A stretch of 24,000 nucleotides of DNA from Mycolicibacterium senegalense (GTDB lineage Bacteria > Actinomycetota > Actinomycetes > Mycobacteriales > Mycobacteriaceae): contig NZ_CP081000.1 of assembly GCF_019645875.1 (NCBI RefSeq), positions 4,810,417 through 4,834,416 of the forward strand, in the 5' to 3' direction. Below the pieces are notes generated by a model that searched no databases, had not been told where the DNA came from, and saw only the letters and a list, made by a program, of their open reading frames with translations. Below, piece by piece: positions 13,324-22,670 of the stretch. Position numbers and translations under genes: made by a program. The first letter of the stretch is position 1. Each line of letters starts with the position of its first letter.

Positions 13324-15030
13324 GTGCCACCTGTAGTCCGTATCGGCAACTGTTCCGGCTTCTACGGCGACCGGCTCTCGGCGATGCGGGAGATGCTCAC
13401 CGGCGGCGAGCTGGACTATCTGACCGGCGACTACCTGGCCGAGCTCACCATGCTTATCCTGGCACGTGACCGCGCCAAGAACCCTGACCGCGGCTACGCC
13501 AAAACCTTCCTGCGCCAATTGGAAGAGTCGCTGGGCCTTGCGCTCGACAAGGGCGTGAAGATCGTGGCCAACGCCGGCGGGCTGAACCCGGCAGCGTTGG
13601 CCACCGCAGTCCGTGAGCTGGCCGAGCGTCTGGGCCTCGACGTCAACGTCGCCCATGTCGAGGGTGACGACCTGATGGGGCGGGCCGCCGAACTCGGGCT
13701 GGGCACACCCCTGGCCGCCAACGCCTACCTGGGCGCGTGGGGCATCGTCGACTGCCTCGACTCCGGCGCCGACGTCGTGGTCACCGGCCGGGTGACGGAC
13801 GCGTCGGTGATCGTCGGGCCGGCGGCCGCACACTTCGGGTGGCAGACCACCGATTACGACGCGCTGGCCGGAGCCGTGGCCGCCGGGCACGTGATCGAGT
13901 GCGGGACCCAGGCCACCGGTGGCAACTACTCCTTCTTCGCTGAAATTCCAGCGATTCCCGGCGCTTTCTACCCCGGGTTCCCCATCGCCGAGATCGCGGC
14001 CGACGGCTCCTCGGTGATCACCAAACACGCCGGCACCGGCGGGCAGGTCAGTGTCGGCACGGTTACCGCCCAGCTGCTCTACGAGATCACCGGCGCCCGT
14101 TACGCCAACCCCGATGTGACGCTGCGTGTGGACTCTTTGCAGTTGAGTGAAGAGGGCACCGACCGGGTGCGGATTTCCGGAGTGACGGGTGAAGCTCCAC
14201 CGCCGACGCTGAAGGTGTCCTGCAACAGCATCGGCGGTTTCCGCAACGCCGCCACGTTCGTGCTGACCGGACTGGACATCGAGGCCAAGGCCCAGCTGGT
14301 GCGCAGTCAATTGGAGGCCGGCCTGAAATCCCGTCCGGCCGAACTGGAGTGGACGCTGGCCCGCACCGATCATCCCGACGCAGACACCGAAGAGGCCGCC
14401 AGCGCGCTGCTGCACTGCGTGGTCCGCGATCCGGATCCCAACCTGGTGGGCCGCCAGTTCTCCTCGGCGGGTGTGGAACTCGCGTTGGCGAGCTATCCCG
14501 GATTCACCACCACCGCACCGCCCGGCGACGGCCAGATCTACGGCGTGTTCGTCCCCGGCTACGTCGACGCGGCCGAAGTGCCACACATCGCCGTGCATGC
14601 CGATGGCACGCGGGTCGGTATCGCACCGGCCGCCGAAACTCTGGCGTTGGCACCGGTCTCCGATCCTGAGCTGCCCGAGCCGCTGCCTGCCGGTGCCACC
14701 CGGCGCGCCCCGCTGGGCACCATCGCCGGGGCCCGCAGCGGCGACAAGGGCGGGTCGGCCAACGTCGGCGTATGGGTACGCACCGACGCGCAGTGGCGGT
14801 GGCTGGCCCACACGCTGACCGTCGACAAGTTGCGTGAATTGCTGCCCGAGACAGCAGAACTGCCGGTCACCCGGCATCTGCTGCCGAATCTGCGGGCCGT
14901 GAACTTTGTGATCGAAGGCATTCTCGGCCAGGGCGTGGCCTATCAAGCCCGGTTCGATCCGCAGGCCAAGGGGCTGGGCGAATGGTTGCGCAGCCGTCAT
15001 CTCGATATCCCGGAGGAACTCATCAAGTGA
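13324..15030 (+). CDS. Acyclic terpene utilisation AtuA-family protein (DUF1446; Rv0976c-like)
   Basis: VRIGNCSGFYGDRLSAMREMLTGGELDYLTGDYLAELTM..., GGLNP..., VVTGRVTDAS and ECGTQATGGNY are typical of DUF1446. The C-terminal ~110 aa (GARSGDKGGSANVGVW...) follows a Pro-rich linker. I chose GTG 13324, which has a GGGAG SD at 13314-13318. The ORF-track start at 13129 would run across the rpmF promoter region. Confidence 0.8.
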   Translation: MPPVVRIGNCSGFYGDRLSAMREMLTGGELDYLTGDYLAELTMLILARDRAKNPDRGYAKTFLRQLEESLGLALDKGVKIVANAGGLNPAALATAVRELAERLGLDVNVAHVEGDDLMGRAAELGLGTPLAANAYLGAWGIVDCLDSGADVVVTGRVTDASVIVGPAAAHFGWQTTDYDALAGAVAAGHVIECGTQATGGNYSFFAEIPAIPGAFYPGFPIAEIAADGSSVITKHAGTGGQVSVGTVTAQLLYEITGARYANPDVTLRVDSLQLSEEGTDRVRISGVTGEAPPPTLKVSCNSIGGFRNAATFVLTGLDIEAKAQLVRSQLEAGLKSRPAELEWTLARTDHPDADTEEAASALLHCVVRDPDPNLVGRQFSSAGVELALASYPGFTTTAPPGDGQIYGVFVPGYVDAAEVPHIAVHADGTRVGIAPAAETLALAPVSDPELPEPLPAGATRRAPLGTIAGARSGDKGGSANVGVWVRTDAQWRWLAHTLTVDKLRELLPETAELPVTRHLLPNLRAVNFVIEGILGQGVAYQARFDPQAKGLGEWLRSRHLDIPEELIK

Positions 15031-16187
15031 GCATCTGGACTTCGCCCGAACGTGAGGCATTGCGCAAGACGGTGCGCAGTTTCGCCGAACGCGAGGTGCT
15101 GCCGCACGCCGCCGAGTGGGAGCGGACCGGCGAACTGCCGCGCGAACTACACCGCAAGGCCGGCGAGGCCGGACTGCTCGGGGCCAACTTCCCCGAGTCG
15201 GCCGGCGGTGGCGGCGGAGACGGTGCCGACGCGGTGATCATCTGCGAGGAAATGCATTACGCCGGAGCACCCGGCGGCGTGTTCGCCTCACTGTTCACCT
15301 GCGGCATAGCGGTGCCGCACATGATCGCCTCCGGCGACGAGCGGCTGATCGAGACGTACGTGAAGCCCACGCTGCGCGGCGAGAAGATCGGTTCGCTGGC
15401 CATCACCGAACCGGGCGGCGGCTCCGATGTCGGACATCTCACCACCAAGGCTGAGTTGGATTCTGGGGGCGACGGACTGTACTACATCCTCAACGGCGCC
15501 AAGACCTACATCACCTCCGGTGTGCGTGCCGACTACGTCGTCACCGCGTCGCGCACCGGCGGCCCGGGCGCGGCGGGTGTCTCACTCATCGTGGTGGACA
15601 AAGGCACGCCCGGATTCGAGGTGAGCCGCAAGCTCGACAAGATGGGTTGGCGCTCAAGCGATACCGCCGAGCTGTCCTACACCGATGTGCGGGTGCCCGT
15701 CGCGAACCTGATCGGCGCGGAGAACTCGGGCTTCTTCCAGATCGCCGCGGCCTTCGTCTCCGAGCGCGTGGGCCTTGCCGTGCAGGCGTACGCCAGCGCC
15801 CAGCGTTGTCTGGATCTGACCGTCGAGTGGTGCCGCAACCGCGAAACCTTCGGCAAGCCACTGATCTCCCGGCAGTCGGTGCAGAACACGTTGGCGGAGA
15901 TGGCCCGCCGGATCGACGTGGCCCGGGTGTACACGCGCCACGTCGTCGAGCGCCAGCTTGCCGGGGAACAGAATCTGATCACCGAGGTGTGCTTCGCCAA
16001 GAACACCGCGGTGGAGACCGGCGAGTGGGTGGCCAACCAGGCCGTGCAGTTGTTCGGCGGGATGGGCTATATGGCCGAATCCGAGGTCGAACGTCAGTAC
16101 CGTGACATGCGCATCCTGGGCATCGGCGGCGGCACCACCGAGATCCTGACCTCGCTGGCCGCAAAGACATTGGGGTTCCAGTCATGA
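15027..16187 (+). CDS. fadE13: Acyl-CoA dehydrogenase (FadE13-like)
   Basis: It has the ACAD fold motifs (GSLAITEPGGGSDV, GAKTYITSG, QLFGGMGYMAESEVERQYRDMRILGIGGGTTEI). GTG 15027 overlaps the upstream TGA (GTGA) and follows a GGAGGA SD at 15012-15017. Confidence 0.88.
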   Translation: MSIWTSPEREALRKTVRSFAEREVLPHAAEWERTGELPRELHRKAGEAGLLGANFPESAGGGGGDGADAVIICEEMHYAGAPGGVFASLFTCGIAVPHMIASGDERLIETYVKPTLRGEKIGSLAITEPGGGSDVGHLTTKAELDSGGDGLYYILNGAKTYITSGVRADYVVTASRTGGPGAAGVSLIVVDKGTPGFEVSRKLDKMGWRSSDTAELSYTDVRVPVANLIGAENSGFFQIAAAFVSERVGLAVQAYASAQRCLDLTVEWCRNRETFGKPLISRQSVQNTLAEMARRIDVARVYTRHVVERQLAGEQNLITEVCFAKNTAVETGEWVANQAVQLFGGMGYMAESEVERQYRDMRILGIGGGTTEILTSLAAKTLGFQS

Positions 16188-17779
16188 CCACTCTCAAGTC
16201 CGCCATCGATCCCGGCTCCCCCGCGTTCACCGAGGCTGCCGAGGTGATGGCGGCCAAGCTCGCCGAACTCGAAGCCGAACACGCCAAGGCGCTGGCCGGC
16301 GGTGGCCCCAAATATGTGGACCGCCATCACGGCCGCGGCAAGCTCACCGCGCGTGAGCGGGTCGAGTTGCTGGTCGACCCGGATTCACCGTTCCTCGAAT
16401 TGAGCCCGTTGGCCGCCTGGGGCAGTGACTTCACCGTCGGCGCCAGCGTGGTCTGCGGCATCGGCGCCGTCGAAGGTGTCGAGTGCCTGATCGTCGCGAA
16501 CGATCCGACGGTCAAGGGCGGCACGAGTAATCCCTGGACGCTCAAGAAGATCCTGCGCGCCAATCAGATCGCCATGGAGAACCGGCTGCCGGTGATCTCG
16601 CTGGTCGAGTCCGGTGGCGCCGATCTGCCCACGCAGAAGGAGATCTTCATCCCGGGCGGGCAGATGTTCCGCGACCTGACAAGGTTGTCGGCGGCGGGTA
16701 TCCCGACGATCTCCCTGGTATTCGGCAATTCCACCGCCGGGGGCGCCTACATCCCGGGCATGTCCGATCACGTGGTGATGATCAAGGAGCGCTCCAAGGT
16801 GTTCCTGGCCGGACCGCCGCTGGTCAAGATGGCCACCGGCGAAGAGTCCGACGACGAGTCACTGGGTGGAGCCGAGATGCACTCCCGCACTTCGGGTCTC
16901 GGCGATTATCTGGCCAATGACGAACTCGACGCCATCCGGATCGGGCGGCGCATCGTGGCCCGGTTGAACTGGCGCAAGAAGGGCCCGGTACCGGCACCGG
17001 TGGTCGAGCCGCACTACGACCCGGAGGAGCTCATCGGCATCGTTCCCGCCGATCTGCGCATCCCGTTCGACCCGCGCGATGTGATCGCCCGCATCGTCGA
17101 CGGCTCGGATTTCGACGAGTTCAAGCCGCTGTACGGGTCGTCATTGGTGACGGGCTGGGCCACGCTGTACGGCTACCCGGTCGGCATCCTGGCCAATGCC
17201 CGCGGCGTGCTGTTCTCCGAGGAATCGCAGAAGGCCACCCAGTTCATCCAGCTGGCCAACCGGTCCGACACCCCACTTCTGTTCCTGCACAACACCACCG
17301 GCTACATGGTGGGTAAGCAGTACGAAGAGGGCGGCATGATCAAGCACGGCTCGATGATGATCAACGCGGTGTCCAATTCGACGGTGCCGCACATCTCGCT
17401 GCTGCTCGGCGCCTCCTACGGGGCGGGCCACTACGGCATGTGCGGGCGGGCCTATGACCCGCGCTTCCTGTTCGCCTGGCCGTCATCGAAGTCCGCGGTG
17501 ATGGGTGGCACCCAGCTCGCCGGGGTGCTCTCGATCGTCAGCCGCGCCGCCGCGGAAGCCCGCGGTCAGCAGGTCGACGAGGCCGCCGACGCGGCACTGC
17601 GGGCTGCCGTCGAGGCCCAGATCGAAGCCGAGTCGCTGCCGACGTTCCTGTCCGGCCGCTTGTACGACGACGGCGTGATCGACCCCCGCGACACCCGAAC
17701 CGTGCTGGGAATGTGCTTGTCCGCCATTGCGAATGCACCGATCGAGGGGACGTCGAACTTCGGCGTCTTCAGGATGTGA
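16184..17779 (+). CDS. accD2: Acyl-CoA carboxylase carboxyltransferase (beta) subunit, methylcrotonyl/geranyl-CoA carboxylase type (AccD2-like)
   Basis: It carries carboxyl-transferase domain motifs (GKLTARERVELL, VANDPTVKGGT, GNSTAGGAYIP, GPPLVKMATGE, LHNTTGYMVG..E.GGMIKHG). ATG 16184 overlaps the upstream TGA (ATGA). Confidence 0.9.
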   Translation: MTTLKSAIDPGSPAFTEAAEVMAAKLAELEAEHAKALAGGGPKYVDRHHGRGKLTARERVELLVDPDSPFLELSPLAAWGSDFTVGASVVCGIGAVEGVECLIVANDPTVKGGTSNPWTLKKILRANQIAMENRLPVISLVESGGADLPTQKEIFIPGGQMFRDLTRLSAAGIPTISLVFGNSTAGGAYIPGMSDHVVMIKERSKVFLAGPPLVKMATGEESDDESLGGAEMHSRTSGLGDYLANDELDAIRIGRRIVARLNWRKKGPVPAPVVEPHYDPEELIGIVPADLRIPFDPRDVIARIVDGSDFDEFKPLYGSSLVTGWATLYGYPVGILANARGVLFSEESQKATQFIQLANRSDTPLLFLHNTTGYMVGKQYEEGGMIKHGSMMINAVSNSTVPHISLLLGASYGAGHYGMCGRAYDPRFLFAWPSSKSAVMGGTQLAGVLSIVSRAAAEARGQQVDEAADAALRAAVEAQIEAESLPTFLSGRLYDDGVIDPRDTRTVLGMCLSAIANAPIEGTSNFGVFRM

Positions 17780-17789
17780 GTTCACACCC

Positions 17790-19727
17790 ATGACAATCAC
17801 CAAGATTCTGGTCGCCAACCGCGGCGAGATCGCCCGCCGGGTGTTCGAGACGTGCCGTCGTCTGGGCATCGGCACCGTCGCGGTGTACACCGACCCCGAT
17901 GCGGGATCACCTCATGTCGTGGAGGCCGACGCGCGCGTGCGCCTCGAAGGCAACAACGGCTACCTCGATTCGGCACAGATCATCGCCGCGGCCCGGGCCG
18001 CCGGCGCCGACGCCGTCCATCCCGGCTACGGGTTCCTCTCGGAGAACCCCGATTTCGCGGCCGCGGTGATCGACGCCGGGCTGACCTGGATCGGGCCGCC
18101 GGTGAACGCCGTACAGGCCATGGGCTCCAAGATCGAAGCCAAGAAGATGATGGCCGCGGCCGGCGTTCCGGTGCTGACCGAACTCGACCCGTCGACGGTG
18201 ACCGCCGATCAGTTGCCGGTGCTGGTGAAGGCCTCGGCCGGCGGCGGTGGCCGCGGTATGCGGGTGGTGCGCGAACTGTCAGATCTGGCAAGTGAAGTGG
18301 CTGCCGCCCAGCGTGAGGCACAGTCGGCGTTCGGTGACCCGACGGTGTTCTGTGAGCGCTACCTGGCCGCCGGACACCACGTCGAGGTGCAGGTTCTGGC
18401 CGATGAGCACGGCACCGTGTGGGCTGTCGGCGAGCGCGAATGCTCGATTCAGCGCCGCCATCAGAAGGTGATCGAGGAAGCCCCGTCACCGCTGGTGGAG
18501 CGCACTCCTGGGATGCGGGAGAAGCTGTTCGACGCGGCCCGGCTGGCCGCCGAGGCGATCGGCTACACCGGGGCAGGGACCGTCGAGTTCATGGCGGACG
18601 ACAAAGGTGACTTCTTCTTCCTGGAGATGAACACCCGGCTGCAGGTGGAGCATCCGGTCACCGAGGCCACCACCGGACTGGATCTCGTTGAGCTGCAGAT
18701 CCTGGTTGCCGACGGCGGCCGCCTCGATGCGCAGCCGCCGGTCTCCCGCGGTTCTGCCATCGAGGCCCGCCTCTACGCCGAGGATCCGGCCAAGGGCTGG
18801 CAGCCGCAGGCCGGCACGATCCACCGGTTCGACGTTCCCGGGCAGGTGCGCGTCGATACCGGCATCGAAGACGGTTCGGTGGTGTCGATCTTCTACGACC
18901 CCATGCTGGCCAAGGTCATCTCCTACGCCCCGACCCGGCGGCAGGCCGCCACGGTGCTCGCCGATGCCTTGGCCCGCACCAAGATTCACGGTCTGCGTAC
19001 CAACCGGGATCTGCTGGTGAACGTGCTGCGGCATCCGGCATTCCTCGACGGGGCCACCGACACGGCGTTCTTCGACACCCACGACCTTGATGCGCTCGCC
19101 GCACCACTGGCGGGCGCCGATGCGGTGCGGCTTTCGGCGATCGCCGCCACCTTGGCCGACGCCGCGCACAACCGCAGCAGTGCACGCGTTTTCGGTGCGG
19201 CGCCGAGCGGCTGGCGCAATCTGGCGTCGGGTTACCAGTCCCGGACGTACCGCGATGTAGCCGGCGACGAGGCTCCGGTGCGTTACCGGTTCAGCCGCAC
19301 CGGGGTGGATTTGCCCGATGACGACGGGATTGCACTGGTGTCGGCGACGCCGGAGCGGGTGGTGCTGTCGGTCAATGGTGTTGAGCGGGCGTTCGACGTG
19401 GCACGGTATGGCGATCAGGTGTTCGTCGACTCCGCGCTCGGTCCGGTCGCGCTCACCGCGTTGCCCCGCTTTCCCGATCCGGACGACGCGGTGGCGCATG
19501 GCTCGCTGCTGGCACCCATGCCCGGTTCGGTGGTGCGGGTCGGTGCCACCGTCGGCGATACCGTCACCGCCGGACAGCCGCTGATCTGGCTGGAAGCCAT
19601 GAAGATGGAGCACACCATCGCCGCACCCGAAGACGGGGTGCTGACCGAACTCAATGTCGCCGCAGGCCAGCAGGTCGAGGTCGGCGCCGTACTAGCCCGC
19701 GTTGAATCCGAAGGAGAACAGTCATGA
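17790..19727 (+). CDS. accA2: Biotin carboxylase / biotin carboxyl carrier (alpha) subunit of acyl-CoA carboxylase (AccA2-like)
   Basis: MTITKILVANRGEIARRV..., ATP-grasp motifs (KASAGGGGRGMR, EMNTRLQVEHPVTE) and a C-terminal biotinyl domain with EAMKMEH are present. ATG 17790 lies 10 nt after the accD2 stop. Confidence 0.92.
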   Translation: MTITKILVANRGEIARRVFETCRRLGIGTVAVYTDPDAGSPHVVEADARVRLEGNNGYLDSAQIIAAARAAGADAVHPGYGFLSENPDFAAAVIDAGLTWIGPPVNAVQAMGSKIEAKKMMAAAGVPVLTELDPSTVTADQLPVLVKASAGGGGRGMRVVRELSDLASEVAAAQREAQSAFGDPTVFCERYLAAGHHVEVQVLADEHGTVWAVGERECSIQRRHQKVIEEAPSPLVERTPGMREKLFDAARLAAEAIGYTGAGTVEFMADDKGDFFFLEMNTRLQVEHPVTEATTGLDLVELQILVADGGRLDAQPPVSRGSAIEARLYAEDPAKGWQPQAGTIHRFDVPGQVRVDTGIEDGSVVSIFYDPMLAKVISYAPTRRQAATVLADALARTKIHGLRTNRDLLVNVLRHPAFLDGATDTAFFDTHDLDALAAPLAGADAVRLSAIAATLADAAHNRSSARVFGAAPSGWRNLASGYQSRTYRDVAGDEAPVRYRFSRTGVDLPDDDGIALVSATPERVVLSVNGVERAFDVARYGDQVFVDSALGPVALTALPRFPDPDDAVAHGSLLAPMPGSVVRVGATVGDTVTAGQPLIWLEAMKMEHTIAAPEDGVLTELNVAAGQQVEVGAVLARVESEGEQS

Positions 19728-20881
19728 GCTTCATCGAAACCGAGGAACAGAAGGCCCTGCGCCAGGCGGTGGCAGCGATGGCCGCCAACTACGGCCAGGA
19801 CTACTACCTGGAGAAGGCCCGCGCCGGCGAGCACACCACCGAATTGTGGAACGAGGCAGGCAAACTCGGCTTCATCGGGGTGAACCTGCCCGAGGAGTAC
19901 GGTGGCGGCGGCGCCGGCATGTACGAGCTGTCGCTGGTGATGGAGGAGATGGCGTCCTCCGGTGCGGCCCTGTTGATGATGGTGGTCTCGCCCGCGATCA
20001 ACGGCACGATCATCTCGAAGTTCGGCACCGAGGAGCAGAAGAAGCGCTGGATCCCCGGCATCGCCGACGGGTCGATCACCATGGCCTTCGCGATCACCGA
20101 GCCGGATGCGGGGTCCAACAGCCACCGCATCACCACCACCGCCCGTAAAGATGGCAGCGACTGGATCCTCAAGGGCCAGAAGACGTTCATCTCCGGCATC
20201 GACCAAGCGCAGGCCGTGCTCGTCGTCGGGCGAACCGAAGACCACAAGACCGGCAATCTCAAGCCGGCCCTGTTCGTCATTCCGACCGACACCCCGGGTC
20301 TGAACTGGACCAAGATCGAGATGGAGATCATCAGCCCGGAAAGCCAGTTCCAGGTGTTCCTCGACGACGTGCGGCTGCCCGCCGATGCACTTGTCGGGTC
20401 CGAAGACGCCGCGATCGCTCAGCTGTTCGCCGGGCTCAACCCCGAGCGCATCATGGGCGCGGCGTCTGCGGTCGGCATGGGCCGGTTCGCGATCAACAAG
20501 GCCGTCGAGTACGTCAAGACCCGCCAGGTCTGGAAGGTACCGATCGGATCGCACCAGGGTCTGTCACATCCGTTGGCGCAGAACCACATCGAGATCGAGC
20601 TGGCCAAGCTGATGATGCAGAAGGCCGCCACCCTGTACGACTCGGGTGACGACTTCGGTGCCGCCGAGTCCGCCAACATGGCCAAGTACGCCGCCGGTGA
20701 GGCATCGGTGCGCGCGGTGGATCAGGCCGTGCAGTCCCTGGGCGGCAACGGCCTGACCAAGGAGTACGGCATCGCCGCCGCGGTCAATGCCTCGAAGCTG
20801 GCCCGTATCGCCCCGGTGAGCCGCGAGATGATCCTGAACTTCGTCGCGCAGACCTCACTCGGCCTGCCTCGGTCTTACTGA
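19724..20881 (+). CDS. fadE12: Acyl-CoA dehydrogenase (FadE12-like)
   Basis: It has ACAD motifs (AFAITEPDAGSNS, GQKTFISG, QSLGGNGLTKEYGIA). ATG 19724 overlaps the accA2 TGA (ATGA). Confidence 0.88.
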   Translation: MSFIETEEQKALRQAVAAMAANYGQDYYLEKARAGEHTTELWNEAGKLGFIGVNLPEEYGGGGAGMYELSLVMEEMASSGAALLMMVVSPAINGTIISKFGTEEQKKRWIPGIADGSITMAFAITEPDAGSNSHRITTTARKDGSDWILKGQKTFISGIDQAQAVLVVGRTEDHKTGNLKPALFVIPTDTPGLNWTKIEMEIISPESQFQVFLDDVRLPADALVGSEDAAIAQLFAGLNPERIMGAASAVGMGRFAINKAVEYVKTRQVWKVPIGSHQGLSHPLAQNHIEIELAKLMMQKAATLYDSGDDFGAAESANMAKYAAGEASVRAVDQAVQSLGGNGLTKEYGIAAAVNASKLARIAPVSREMILNFVAQTSLGLPRSY

Positions 20882-21648
20882 TGAGCACGCTGGTCCAGTA
20901 CAGCGTCGACGGGGCTGTCGCCCGGTTGACCCTGGACTCCCCGCACAACCGCAATGCGCTGTCGACCGCGCTGGTGGAGCAATTGCACCAGGGCCTGGCC
21001 GCGGCAGCTGCCGAGCCCGGTGTCCGAGTGGTGGTGTTCGGGCACACCGGTGGAACTTTCTGTGCCGGAGCCGATCTCAGTGAGGCCGCCGGCCAGGATC
21101 CCGGGGACATCGCGGTGGGACGGGCCCGGGAGATGACCAAACTGCTGCGGGCCATCCTGGAACTGCCGGTTCCGGTGATCGGCGCGATCGACGGGCACGT
21201 GCGGGCCGGCGGGATGGGTCTCGTCGGCGCGTGCGACCTCGTCGTCGCCGGTCAGCAAAGCACGTTCGCGCTCACCGAGGCGCGTATCGGCGTCGCGCCG
21301 TCGATCATCTCGTTGACCCTGTTGCCGAAGCTGTCGCCGCGCGCCGCCGGACGCTACTTCGTCACCGGCGAGAAGTTCGGCGCCGCCGAGGCAGCTGCGA
21401 TCGGGCTCATCACCATGGCGGCCGACGACGTCCCCGGCGCGGTCGCCACGCTGGCGGCCGAGATCGCGAAGGGTTCACCGCAGGGGCTGGCCACGTCGAA
21501 AGCCTTGACGACGGCAGCGATCCTGCGCGGGTTCGATCGGGACGCCGAGGACCTGACCCGGCAATCGGCTCAGCTGTTCGTTTCCGACGAGGCCCGCGAG
21601 GGCATGATGGCCTTCCTGCAGAAGCGGCCGCCGAACTGGGTGAGCTGA
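20881..21648 (+). CDS. echA7: Enoyl-CoA hydratase/isomerase (crotonase) family (EchA7-like)
   Basis: It has the crotonase pattern (RLTLDSPHNRNAL, FCAGADL, PVIGAIDGHVRAGGMGLVGACDLVVA, EGMMAFLQKRPPNW). The ATG shares one base with the upstream TGA (TGATG). Confidence 0.88.
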   Translation: MSTLVQYSVDGAVARLTLDSPHNRNALSTALVEQLHQGLAAAAAEPGVRVVVFGHTGGTFCAGADLSEAAGQDPGDIAVGRAREMTKLLRAILELPVPVIGAIDGHVRAGGMGLVGACDLVVAGQQSTFALTEARIGVAPSIISLTLLPKLSPRAAGRYFVTGEKFGAAEAAAIGLITMAADDVPGAVATLAAEIAKGSPQGLATSKALTTAAILRGFDRDAEDLTRQSAQLFVSDEAREGMMAFLQKRPPNWVS

Positions 21649-21910
21649 CAGTCACGACCTCAGCGAATCTTTCGTCGCGGCACGCCCAACGCTGGCCGCC
21701 TCGGCAATCTCGCGATTCGTACGGCGAATCCGCGCCACCAACCGGTGGCAACGGTGGGCTTGCAGCAGGTCAGCCCGCGTGGTCTTCGCCGACGGTAGTT
21801 GCCTCTGGCAGCAAACGGGCCGGCGCCTCTGTCACAGAGCTCGCCGCGGTTCTACCGTTTCTTGTGCGGACGTCCTCTGCCGTGCGGTATCCCCAGGAAA
21901 GGCCGGAACC

Positions 21911-22354
21911 ATGGCCGATGATCAGAACAAGGCGATTTCCCGACGCATCTGGGAGGTATTTGCTTCCGGCGACCTCAACGAGCTGGACGACCTCGTCGCT
22001 CCCACTGCCGCCTTCCACGACACTCAGGATCCGTTCGGCGATCAGCGTGGCCCCGAGCACATGCGAAGCTTGATGGGGATGTACCGGAAATCGTTCTCCA
22101 ACATGAAGTTCGATGCGAAGAGGCAACTCGCAGAGGGCGACTATGTCTGCACGATGATCGAAGCGCAGGGCGACAACACCGGCGAGATCATGGGTCAGGC
22201 GCCAACCGGCAAGCACAGCCGGATCAACCTCACCATTGTCGATCGGATCGAAGACGGCAAGATCGCCGAAAGCTGGGTCACCTGGGACACTTTGGGGATG
22301 CTGCAGCAGCTCGGGCTGATTCCGGCCGGAGCACAACAGAAGGCGCCCGCCTAG
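21911..22354 (+). CDS. SnoaL-like ester cyclase (NTF2-like superfamily)
   Basis: MADDQNKAISRRIWEVFASGDLNELDDLVAP...GEIMGQAPTGKHSRINLTIVDRIEDGKIAESWVTWDTLGMLQQLG matches the ester-cyclase pattern. ATG 21911 follows an AGGAAAGG SD at 21895-21902. The Cys/Arg-rich extension from 21779 is not protein-like. Confidence 0.8.
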   Translation: MADDQNKAISRRIWEVFASGDLNELDDLVAPTAAFHDTQDPFGDQRGPEHMRSLMGMYRKSFSNMKFDAKRQLAEGDYVCTMIEAQGDNTGEIMGQAPTGKHSRINLTIVDRIEDGKIAESWVTWDTLGMLQQLGLIPAGAQQKAPA

Positions 22355-22369
22355 GCATCGGTGACGCGC

Positions 22370-22409
22370 ATAGCTGTCCCGCAGAGGCAACCGCCCGCGG
22401 GACAGCTAT
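22370..22409 (+). terminator. Stem-loop downstream of the SnoaL-like gene (I-shaped terminator candidate)
   Basis: A perfect 13-bp stem, atagctgtcccgc (22370-22382) pairing with gcgggacagctat (22397-22409), has a 14-nt loop. Only TT follows it. It lies 16 nt after the stop. Confidence 0.55.
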
Positions 22410-22670
22410 TCGCGCGCGCGAGCTGTGACCGCAATCAGGGCGGCCCAACGAGCGACCGCCTGTGCAGGCACTACAACCCTATGAGGACCGCGCTGAATCA
22501 CCCTGGCACATAGGTCACGCCGCCTGATCGACAACGGATTCCGTAGCACGCCGTATCCGCTTTTGTGCACAAGATCGCATTCTGGGCAAATTTGCTATTC
22601 CGCAAATACTCGTTGCTACAGTATGCAAGCACTTTGTCGGTTAGATCACACCTCGAAGGCGGCGCGCTTG

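Noticed and set aside
17774-17785. TGTGA-gt-TCACA inverted repeat in the accD2-accA2 junction.
   Set aside because: The spacing is wrong for CRP. It overlaps the accD2 stop codon in a 10-nt intercistronic gap and is probably incidental, or at most a small mRNA structure.
21649-21910. A 262-nt GC-rich gap between echA7 and the SnoaL-like gene, with several short hairpins (CCACC-aacc-GGTGG, GGGCT-N11-AGCCC). It is a possible gene remnant or terminator region.
   Set aside because: No frame gives a protein-like translation. The stems are only 5 bp and lack U-tracts. There is no evidence for a functional element beyond spacing.
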